From Candidatus Saccharimonadota bacterium (lineage in GTDB: Bacteria; Pseudomonadota; Alphaproteobacteria; CAJXXZ01; 1604HC): a stretch of 32,000 bases of DNA. Positions 15,860 to 23,543 of the stretch are shown here, piece after piece. The DNA lies in contig NZ_CP043315.1 of assembly GCF_008189285.1 (NCBI RefSeq), forward strand, positions 270,001-302,000, read 5' to 3'. Position numbers and translations under genes: made by a program. Numbering within the stretch: the stretch's first letter is position 1; the number at the start of each line of letters is the position of its first letter. The notes under the pieces were generated by a model. The model was given only the letters and a program-made list of their open reading frames with translations, was not told where the DNA came from and did not search any database.

Positions 15860-16387
15860 ATGAGTAGATTGCTTATGCCACGTTCTACAGCGCTGTGGTT
15901 ATTAAATAATACTAAATTAACATTGCAACAAATATCCAGTTTCTGCTCAATGTCCATTTTAGATCTAGATGTTATGAAGAGAGGATTTTCCGATTCTGCA
16001 TTACAAGAAAGCGACCCTGTTAGCAGAGGTCAGTTGTTATTGGAAGAAATAGAATTATGCGAAGAAAATCCAAGCAGGAAATTAAGCTTGAATGTTGTAG
16101 TAGAAGTTAAAAGTGAAATTAGGAAAATTCCATATAAATTAAAGAAGCAACTATCTAAATTTATTTCATGGATGCATAGAAATTATCCAGATTTGACAAA
16201 CAAAGAGATTGCAAAATTCTTTGGAGTAACGCAAAAAACTGTAGAAGATGTTGTGGATAATCCTAATTCATTTTTTGAAGCTTCAGACCCAATTTTAAAT
16301 GGAGTGTGTTCGAAAGAACATTTAAATGCTTTTATTGAAAAAGTAGAGCAAAATAGAGAAAAGGCTGCTAAGAAAAGTAAAAAATAA
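15860..16387 (+). CDS. DUF1013-family protein (alphaproteobacteria-restricted; annotated in some genomes as a cell-cycle regulator)
   Basis: MSRLLMPRSTALWLLNNTKLTLQQISSFC...DPVSRGQLLLEEIELCEENPSRKL...ISWMHRNYPDLTNKEIAKFFGVTQKTVE...DPILNGVC follows the conserved DUF1013 pattern (LMPKATAVWL..NT.L.F.QIA.FC, DP...GQLT.EEI..CE). AAGGAG lies 6 nt upstream of the ATG. Confidence 0.8.
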   Translation: MSRLLMPRSTALWLLNNTKLTLQQISSFCSMSILDLDVMKRGFSDSALQESDPVSRGQLLLEEIELCEENPSRKLSLNVVVEVKSEIRKIPYKLKKQLSKFISWMHRNYPDLTNKEIAKFFGVTQKTVEDVVDNPNSFFEASDPILNGVCSKEHLNAFIEKVEQNREKAAKKSKK

Positions 16388-16775
16388 TTAAATTATTGCA
16401 TTATTTAAAAGTAATTCTTAGAAATTATATTTCTTCTTGGATTTTCCTTCTTTTTATTCAATTTAGATATTTGAATTTCTTAAAATAACATTCATTTTAT
16501 TAATTATAAATCAAGAAATATAATTATATATGCACTAGAAGTATAACCAATGATTTCAGAATTAATGAAAAAATTATTTATCAATATTGCGCGATACACT
16601 ATTTAGATACAGCTGTTCTCTATTAGAGGTTGTATTTATTATATAAATTATTTTCATAAAAATTTACATTCAATGCTGCTTGCTAGCTCTATATTGCATA
16701 TTTATTTTTATATGAAGCTGATATAATCTAGGGAAATAGTGAAAAATACAAAAACCATGAAAGGTATAAATCAAA

Positions 16776-17300
16776 ATGCATGATTTTATATTGTTAACAA
16801 GTTCTTTTCTTGTAGGATCTATCCCATTTGGAAGGATTTGGTCTTTTTTGTTAGGGAAAAAAGATTTGAGAAATTGTGGATCAGGAAACATAGGAACAAC
16901 CAATGCTTTTAGGGTTAATGGAAAAGTTGTTGGAATTCTAACTGCTTTGTTTGATGTAGGGAAAGGATTTGCATGTTTGTTATTTCCTAATCCTGCTTTA
17001 TTTGGATCATGGATAGTAATTGGTCATATTTATGCACCATGGTCAGGTGGAAAAGGAGTCGCTGCATTTTTCGGAATATGTTTAGCAATTCTAAAATTTT
17101 ACGCACTAATACCTATGATTACATGGATCGCATTGGTTTATTGCAAAATTAGACCAACTTATGCTAGTTATGTAGCATTATTCATTATGTGTATTATTGC
17201 ATTTATTAAAGTTCAAGAGATTTTTATGTTAATAGCTTTGTTAAGTGTGGCAATTATATACAAACATATTGTTTCTGACCTATCCAAGAGATGCAGATGA
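16776..17300 (+). CDS. plsY: glycerol-3-phosphate acyltransferase PlsY
   Basis: A polytopic membrane ORF carrying the PlsY signature LVGSIPFGRIW...GSGNIGTTNAFRVNGK. Confidence 0.85.
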   Translation: MHDFILLTSSFLVGSIPFGRIWSFLLGKKDLRNCGSGNIGTTNAFRVNGKVVGILTALFDVGKGFACLLFPNPALFGSWIVIGHIYAPWSGGKGVAAFFGICLAILKFYALIPMITWIALVYCKIRPTYASYVALFIMCIIAFIKVQEIFMLIALLSVAIIYKHIVSDLSKRCR

Positions 17301-18406
17301 TAAAGTATGAACAGAATAATAATAAATTCAATAAAATTCTAACCGAAGAAGAAAAAATAGATTTTCTAAGAGTTATTAGGACGAAAAATATTGGCCCAAT
17401 TAGCTTTTTTCACTTGTTAAATACTCATAAAACTATAGATAAGGTAATTAAATTTTTAGAAACAAAACTTGAAGTTAAATCTAAAACATATGCTGTAGAA
17501 GAAATGAGAAAAATTCGTAATTATGGAGCTGATATTATATGTTTTTCAGAGCCAAATTACCCTATTTTATTACGTGAAATTAGAGATTGCCCTCCCGTTA
17601 TTTGCGCAAAAGGTGATTTGGGCATATTAAGTAGAGAGAAGCTTTTTGCAATTGCTGGGTCTAGAACATGCTCTGTACAAAGTCAAGTTATGACAAAAAG
17701 AATTACATCTGAATTAGGAGAAAATGGATACACTATAGTTTCAGGATTAGCTCGTGGAATTGATACATGCGCTCATCAGAATAGTTTAAATACTGGAACA
17801 ATTGCAGTTCTTGCAAATGGGATAGATCATGTTTACCCATCAGAAAATAAATCATTATACGAAAAAATTGCAATAAAAGGCGTTATATTATCAGAAGTAG
17901 AATTTGGAACAAAGCCATCTGCGCATTTATTCCCAAATCGAAATCGAATTATTGCTGGAATGAGTTTGGGAGTGTTAATTGCAGAAGCTAGTGTAAAATC
18001 TGGATCTCTAATTACTTCTCAATGTGCTCTAGAAAATGGTCGAGATGTTTTTGCTATACCTGGATGCCCGCTTGATCCTCGTTCGCGTGGTGCAAATAAA
18101 TTGATTAAACAAGGAGCTGCTTTAGTAGAATTTATTCACGATATTACAAATGCATTTGAAGATTTTTCTCTCAAAGAGCCAGTTGAGAGCTATATTCCAG
18201 AAATAAAATACGATTTCTCTGAGAAGCAACTATCTGATTATAGCGAGAAATTATTAGATATGATTGGATTTTTCCCAATTTCGATAGAATTACTTATTAA
18301 TAAAATGGATATTCCGATCAGTACGGTTAGAGCGCTGCTTGCTCAGCTTGAAATCGAAGGGAAAATATCGCATTCTTGGGGAAATAAAGTTTCATTGCGA
18401 AGATAA
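17291..18406 (+). CDS. dprA: DNA-processing protein DprA/Smf
   Basis: The DprA core motifs are present: GSRTCS...SGLARGIDTCAH...GTIAVLANGIDHVYPSEN...FPNRNRIIAGMS...AEASVKSGSLITSQCALENGRDVFAIPG. It overlaps plsY by 10 nt. Confidence 0.9.
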   Translation: MQMIKYEQNNNKFNKILTEEEKIDFLRVIRTKNIGPISFFHLLNTHKTIDKVIKFLETKLEVKSKTYAVEEMRKIRNYGADIICFSEPNYPILLREIRDCPPVICAKGDLGILSREKLFAIAGSRTCSVQSQVMTKRITSELGENGYTIVSGLARGIDTCAHQNSLNTGTIAVLANGIDHVYPSENKSLYEKIAIKGVILSEVEFGTKPSAHLFPNRNRIIAGMSLGVLIAEASVKSGSLITSQCALENGRDVFAIPGCPLDPRSRGANKLIKQGAALVEFIHDITNAFEDFSLKEPVESYIPEIKYDFSEKQLSDYSEKLLDMIGFFPISIELLINKMDIPISTVRALLAQLEIEGKISHSWGNKVSLRR

Positions 18407-18582
18407 TGTAATTCGCAAATAAATTTTCTTTACAAGTGATTTATGAAAATAAATATTAACATGGAAAATTCATTGTATAGTATAAATTTGCATAAATAAA
18501 TATTTCTATGAAAATGATTGGTGAAAATATCAATGTAAAAAATAGCATTGTTTTATGTTGCTTGCTTTTAGCGTTTAGTATT

Positions 18583-18656
18583 TATATTTCTATCGATTTC
18601 ATTTGGCTGCAGCTTTATTTTATATTTCTATCGATTTCATTTGAATGCAGTTTTAT
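18583..18656. repeat. tandem duplication of a ~36-38-bp unit (TATATTTCTATCGATTTCATTTGRMTGCAGYTTTAT)
   Basis: The copies at 18583..18618 and 18621..18656 differ at 3 positions. They lie in the convergent intergenic region between dprA and the 543-aa gene. Confidence 0.8.
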
Positions 18657-18781
18657 GTTAGATAAATATTTCTGTTAAAGATTTATGATGAGCTTAATCT
18701 CTCAATCTACTTCCATTTTTACAATGTTTTTTAAATTATTTCTTTTTTCTAAGCTCATTTCACGCTTCAGTAAGTTTATTA

Positions 18782-20413
18782 CTAGATGTCATTTTCATCA
18801 GAATCTTTATAATTACCAGACATCATACGTTGCCTAATCAGTGCCTTTCTCATTTTTTCTTCAAATTCGCTTTTTGTTTCTTTCGCTTTCTTTAATTTGA
18901 AGTTTCCTTTTCTTATTTCTGCGAACAAATCCGCTCTGCTATCTTGATCTTCACTTAAAGGCATTGAAGCTTTAGACAAGCCTTTTATTCCTTCTTTAGG
19001 AAGTGCTGGGGCATCAGGAATTGCTCCAGTTTTAGGCGCAGGAGGAGGTGTTGGAATTGCTCCAGTTTCAGATGCAGGAGTTTCGTCAAAAGCTATTTCT
19101 CCCATTGATAATTTATCAGCTCTTTTTTCTGCAGCAAGATCAAGAGCTTTTCTTTTTTCTCTGCCTTTTTCTTCAAGCTCTATCAGAAAACTCGCTTTAG
19201 TTGAATTTCCAGATGTTGCTTTAGACAAGCCTTTTATCCCTTCTTTAGGAAGTGCTGGGGCATCAGGAATTGCTCCAGTTTTAGGCGCAGGAGGAGGTGT
19301 TGGAATTGCTCCAGTTTTAGGCACAAGAGGAGGTGTTGGAATTGCTCCAGTTTCAGATGCAGGAGTTTCGTCAAAAGCTATTTCCCCCATTGATAATTTA
19401 TCAGCTCTTTTTTCTGCAGCAAGATCAAGAGCTTTTCTTTTTTCTCTGCCTTTTTCTTCAAGCTCTATCAGAAAACTCGCTTTAGTTGAATTTCCAGATG
19501 TTGCTTTAGACAAGCCTTTTATCCCTTCTTTAGGAAGTGCTGGGGCATCAGGAATTGCTCCAGTTTCAGATACAGAAGTTTGAAGTGCTGCATTAGTTGA
19601 ATTGTCTCCTGCTATTTTAGGAATTGAAAAATAATCATCATCTACATTAGTTGAATTGTCTGCTGTTTTTTTAGGTGAATTCAACGAAGGTGCATTTATG
19701 CTTCCTTTTGCTGATCTTTCAATTTCGTTCATCTCTTGAGAAGCATTTTGTTCGATTGCACTTCTCTTGCTATGTTCTTCTATTAAAAATGCTGAGGAAT
19801 TTTCTAGAATATTTTTAGCTTTATTAGTTGCAAATTGAGTGCTTTTAATTTTTGATTCAACAACAAATAATCTATTTTCCAATTCCACTTTTTCTTTTGC
19901 TGTTAATTTTGTGTTGTTTGTCAATTTTGTTGTTAACGCCATTTTCTCTGCATTCATGCTTCTTAGATCAGTCATATTTTTGTCATAATCTTTAGATAAT
20001 TGGTCATAATAAGAAACTGTTGCGCTTTTTGTTTTTGCAGATGATGCAGATGATCTTGAAGTTGGTCTGAAGCTTCTTCTTGCAATTCGTCTTCCAGATC
20101 TAGTTGCGCTTCTTCTAAATACAGGCTTGCGAGATCTTGAAATTCTTCTTTTAGCAGCTCTTCTTGATTTGGAAGTAACTTTCCTTCTTTTAGCAGCGGA
20201 TTTTCTTCTTGATTTAGCAGCGGATTTTCTTCTTGATTTGGAAGTAACTTTCTTTCTAGATTTTCTTTTTGTTTTTTTAAACGATTTATCATCGCTTTTT
20301 TTTATTTCAGTGTGAACAGGCTTTCCCTCTACAATACTCATGTTAACTTCTTTTGCATCAGCATATGTATTAGAAATCAATAAAGCGGCAATGCTTAAAT
20401 AGATATATTTCAT
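18782..20413 (-). CDS. hypothetical secreted protein: signal peptide, polybasic tract, coiled coil, proline-rich tandem repeats, C-terminal WH2/connector/acidic (WCA-like) tail
   Basis: A 543-aa ORF with AAGGAG 7 nt upstream of the ATG. The N-terminus MKYIYLSIAALLISNTYA|DA looks like a Sec signal peptide. The C-terminus ADLFAEIRKGNFKLKKAKETKSEFEEKMRKALIRQRMMSGNYKDSDENDI carries the WCA-like tail. Confidence 0.9.
   Translation of the reverse strand: MKYIYLSIAALLISNTYADAKEVNMSIVEGKPVHTEIKKSDDKSFKKTKRKSRKKVTSKSRRKSAAKSRRKSAAKRRKVTSKSRRAAKRRISRSRKPVFRRSATRSGRRIARRSFRPTSRSSASSAKTKSATVSYYDQLSKDYDKNMTDLRSMNAEKMALTTKLTNNTKLTAKEKVELENRLFVVESKIKSTQFATNKAKNILENSSAFLIEEHSKRSAIEQNASQEMNEIERSAKGSINAPSLNSPKKTADNSTNVDDDYFSIPKIAGDNSTNAALQTSVSETGAIPDAPALPKEGIKGLSKATSGNSTKASFLIELEEKGREKRKALDLAAEKRADKLSMGEIAFDETPASETGAIPTPPLVPKTGAIPTPPPAPKTGAIPDAPALPKEGIKGLSKATSGNSTKASFLIELEEKGREKRKALDLAAEKRADKLSMGEIAFDETPASETGAIPTPPPAPKTGAIPDAPALPKEGIKGLSKASMPLSEDQDSRADLFAEIRKGNFKLKKAKETKSEFEEKMRKALIRQRMMSGNYKDSDENDI
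18887..18934 (-). other. candidate WH2 (G-actin-binding) motif ADLFAEIRKGNFKLKK
   Basis: It matches the WH2 pattern LLxxIxxGxxLKK(V/A) with one extra residue before LKK. Compare WAVE (RSVLLEAIRKGIQLRKV) and N-WASP (ALLDQIRQGIQLKSV). Confidence 0.65.
18968..19567 (-). repeat. near-identical in-frame tandem repeats (249 bp, 285 bp, and a partial third of ~60 bp) encoding proline-rich and helical modules
   Basis: Units begin at 18971, 19220 and 19505. Units 1 and 2 differ by 2 substitutions plus a 36-bp indel that adds one more TGAIPTPPxxPK sub-repeat. Confidence 0.9.
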
Positions 20414-20459
20414 TACTATTCTCCTTTTATTTTAATTTTAAATATGATTTGCAAAGAAA
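20414..20459 (-). promoter_or_regulatory. conserved 5' module (reverse complement: TTTCTTTGCAA-N9-AAAATTAA-...AAGGAG) upstream of the 543-aa gene
   Basis: This is the third occurrence of the motif at the same distance from the start codon. Confidence 0.4.
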
Positions 20460-20676
20460 TTGCTAATTGATAGGAGAAATTGCTTATACTTAACTTATCA
20501 TGATTTAATTCTACATAAATTTATTTATCAAACATCGCTTTATTTCAATGATTTGTTTGTTTTAAAAAGAATTTAGAAAGAAAAGAGCAAATGATTTTTG
20601 AAGAATATTTGAAGTGATTTGCTTGTAAAATTTACAGAATAATGAGATCTTTAACACAAAGGAACTCAATTTTCTC

Positions 20677-21498
20677 ATGACATTTCTAGAAATTATCGAT
20701 AGATTAGAGAAGTTTTGGATAAAATTTGGTTGTAAAATTATTCATCCTGCTGATATGACAGTTGGAGCTGCAACTATGCATCCACACTTTATTTTAAATG
20801 CATCTAAAAAACATAGGTTGGCTTATATGCAACCATGCAGAAGGCCGCAAGATAGTAGGCCAGATAGCAAAAATAGACTTTATAAGCATCATCAATTCCA
20901 AGTTACAATTAATCCTGTAATGGAAAATATTCAAGATGTATTTTTGGACAGTTTGCTTGATATTGGATTTGATTTAGATGTTCATGAAATTAAATTTCTT
21001 GCTGGAAACTGGCAAAGTCCAAGTTTGGGAGCATTTGGAGTAGGTAGTGAAGTTTGGGCAAACAATAGCGAAATTGCGCAATTTACTTATTTTCAACAAG
21101 TGGGTGGAAAGCCATTAAGTGAACAAGTTGTTGAATTGACTTATGGACTTGAAAGAATCGCAATGAGTTTGCAGAATATTGAAAATTGGCGAGATATAAT
21201 ATGGCAAGATGGAGTTAAATATGATGATATAGATGATTCAGAGTTTAGCATTGCCTCTAATAATAATTATAATGTTGAGTATCTTAAAAATACTTTTGAT
21301 ATGCATTTAAATGAATCAATTCATTTATTGAGTTTGAATTTGCGATACCCAGCATACGAGGAATTTTTGAGAGCTAGTCACGCATTTAATACATTAGAAT
21401 CCAGGCAAGCATTCAGTCCTACACAACGCGTTGATGAGTTAAATAAATTGAGAAGTGTGGGGCAGAAATGCGCAAGCCAAGAAAGCAATAAATCATGA
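20677..21498 (+). CDS. glyQ: glycine--tRNA ligase alpha subunit
   Basis: FLEIIDRLEKFW...GC.I..P.DM.VGA.T.HP...YMQPCRRPQDSR...NRLYKHHQFQV...LTYGLERIAM is a typical GlyQ sequence. Confidence 0.95.
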   Translation: MTFLEIIDRLEKFWIKFGCKIIHPADMTVGAATMHPHFILNASKKHRLAYMQPCRRPQDSRPDSKNRLYKHHQFQVTINPVMENIQDVFLDSLLDIGFDLDVHEIKFLAGNWQSPSLGAFGVGSEVWANNSEIAQFTYFQQVGGKPLSEQVVELTYGLERIAMSLQNIENWRDIIWQDGVKYDDIDDSEFSIASNNNYNVEYLKNTFDMHLNESIHLLSLNLRYPAYEEFLRASHAFNTLESRQAFSPTQRVDELNKLRSVGQKCASQESNKS

Positions 21499-23495
21499 AT
21501 AAATTTTTATTTGAAATTATGCACGAGAGCATTCCTAGTGAAATAATAGAGACTAGTAAGAAAAGATGGATTGATGCAATTAAAAGTGAATTTGAAGACC
21601 ATCAAATCAGAAATGTTTCTCTTGATATTTATTTGACTAATACAAGAGTTATAACTTCTGTAAATGATTTGCCAAGCGAGATTTGCAAAGATGATGAAAT
21701 TATCAAGGGTCCGAAATCTAGCATCGCTGATGAAATATTGGAGAAATTTCTTAAAAAACATGGAAAAAATAAATCAGATGCATATGTGGAAAATGGATTC
21801 TATTATGTAAAAAACATTTATGCTTCAAAAAACATTGAAGATATGATTCCTGAGATTTGTATAAATATCATGAAAAAAATGAAATGGAACAAAGTAATGT
21901 TCTGGAGCAAGAAAATGGGATGGATCAGGCCAATTAGGAGATTGGTATCAATTTTTAATGGAAGTCCAATGCTTTGGCATATGGATGCTATTGATTTATC
22001 TACTTCATCTTCTTTTATATATGATTTAATTAAAAGAGAAGAGTTTATTGCGTCTAATTTTGAAGAATATGAAAATTGCCTAGAAAACAAAAATATATAT
22101 TTAGAAGAAAGCAAAAAATTGGATATTTTGATTATGGAGATTGAAAATTCTTTTAGAAAACTTAAATCAACTAATGAGAATGATAAAAACACAAAATTGA
22201 TTATTAATAATGAGAATAATAACAAAAATGATCAATTTCTTGATAATAATTCCGATAATAACTTTGAAAACAATAAAAAGTTATGCTGTATTAATCAAAA
22301 AGATATTTTAAGAATTTGCTCTCAAATGGAATCTGTAAATGTATATTGCGCAGAGATTAATGACACTTTTGAAATACCTAATGAAATCAAGCAGGCTATT
22401 CTAAAAGAGCAGCAACATATTGGAATTTTTCATGGAAATATTTTGAAATATTTATTTGTATTTTCTGATTACGCATTGAAGAGCAGTGATTTGCTGTTAA
22501 GTCAAACTAAAAGAACTGTATTGTCGAAATTTAATGATGCATATTTCTTTTGGACAAGAGATATGGCATGCAATGAAGAGTATTATTCATCAAAATTGCA
22601 ATCAACTTTGTTTTATAAAGATTTAGGAAGCTTGTATCAAAAGTCAGAAAGAATTAAAAAAGTTGCAGAGAGATTATGTCCTAATAATGATAATTTAATA
22701 AGAGAAATTGGGCTTATTCAATTTGATTTATGCATGCAAACTGTAGATGAAATGACAGAATTGCAAGGATTGCTTTCTTATTTTTATGCAAAACGAAATA
22801 ACGAAAATGAAAATGTATGTAATATTTTGTATAATCAATATGTAAATAATATTTCTACAAAAGATGATTTGTATTTATCTTTATTGTACAATTTAGATAG
22901 CGCTCTTGCATTTATTGGAAAAGGGATGACGCCTAGTGGATCAGCAGATCCTTTGGCCATTAGAAGAAAATGCTTGCAAATTATTGATTGTATTATTAAA
23001 TTAAGTGAAAAAGGAATTTCTGTAAATTTAAATGAATTGATCGAGAATTTCAAATTGAATTTTGACAACCAGGGAATTTCTTTGGATTTATCTGGATTTT
23101 CTACATATTTCCAGAAGAGATGTGATTATGTTTTAAATAAAAAATATGGAATATTGTCTAAAATGAATAAAGAAAAAGACATAATAGATGCAAAGAAAAA
23201 GCTTGATAAATTATCTAGTTTTGCAGAATTAGATAAAATTGTTGAAGTGTATAACAGATTGAATAAGCTAGATTACGACAATGCAATTCACAGTCAAAAT
23301 TCCGATGAAACTGAAAATCAATATAAAGTTTTGATGGCTCTTATTGGCGAGGAAAATGATTTGAACAACTTGCTTAATATAAGTTATGAAGTAGAGAAGA
23401 TTTTTGACAAAGTATTTCTTGAAGATAATTTACATATAAAAGGCATGCTGTGCAAAATAAAGGAGAAATTTGAGCAATTTGCTGATTTTAAATAA
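21495..23495 (+). CDS. glyS: glycine--tRNA ligase beta subunit
   Basis: A 666-aa ORF starting in an ATGA overlap with glyQ. It carries the conserved GlyS motif SGSADPLAIRRK (compare DPFALRR). It contains an Asn-rich low-complexity insert. Confidence 0.9.
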   Translation: MNKFLFEIMHESIPSEIIETSKKRWIDAIKSEFEDHQIRNVSLDIYLTNTRVITSVNDLPSEICKDDEIIKGPKSSIADEILEKFLKKHGKNKSDAYVENGFYYVKNIYASKNIEDMIPEICINIMKKMKWNKVMFWSKKMGWIRPIRRLVSIFNGSPMLWHMDAIDLSTSSSFIYDLIKREEFIASNFEEYENCLENKNIYLEESKKLDILIMEIENSFRKLKSTNENDKNTKLIINNENNNKNDQFLDNNSDNNFENNKKLCCINQKDILRICSQMESVNVYCAEINDTFEIPNEIKQAILKEQQHIGIFHGNILKYLFVFSDYALKSSDLLLSQTKRTVLSKFNDAYFFWTRDMACNEEYYSSKLQSTLFYKDLGSLYQKSERIKKVAERLCPNNDNLIREIGLIQFDLCMQTVDEMTELQGLLSYFYAKRNNENENVCNILYNQYVNNISTKDDLYLSLLYNLDSALAFIGKGMTPSGSADPLAIRRKCLQIIDCIIKLSEKGISVNLNELIENFKLNFDNQGISLDLSGFSTYFQKRCDYVLNKKYGILSKMNKEKDIIDAKKKLDKLSSFAELDKIVEVYNRLNKLDYDNAIHSQNSDETENQYKVLMALIGEENDLNNLLNISYEVEKIFDKVFLEDNLHIKGMLCKIKEKFEQFADFK

Positions 23496-23543
23496 TGCAA
23501 AATCAAAAACAATAAGTAATATGGAAGGCATGGAATTATATTT

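Noticed and set aside
16670-16903. Minus-strand ORF 16670..16903
   Set aside because: It overlaps the plsY 5' end antisense and has no recognisable features.
19143-19197. Degenerate WH2-like segments inside each tandem repeat unit (KASFLIELEEKGREKRKAL; second copy near 19428..19482)
   Set aside because: The helix register is shifted by one residue and the Leu of LKKV is replaced (EKRKA). It could be a divergent actin-binding helix, but sequence alone does not support that.
19972-20315. ORFs 19972..20292 (-, alternative frame) and 20127..20315 (+) inside the 543-aa gene
   Set aside because: They are by-products of the short tandem repeats that encode the polybasic tract (repetitive LLPNQEENPLL / DLEVTFLL products). 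The long frame with an SD and signal peptide is the real one.
21507-23068. Minus-strand ORFs 21507..21761, 21818..22225 and 22835..23068
   Set aside because: They are antisense shadows within glyS.
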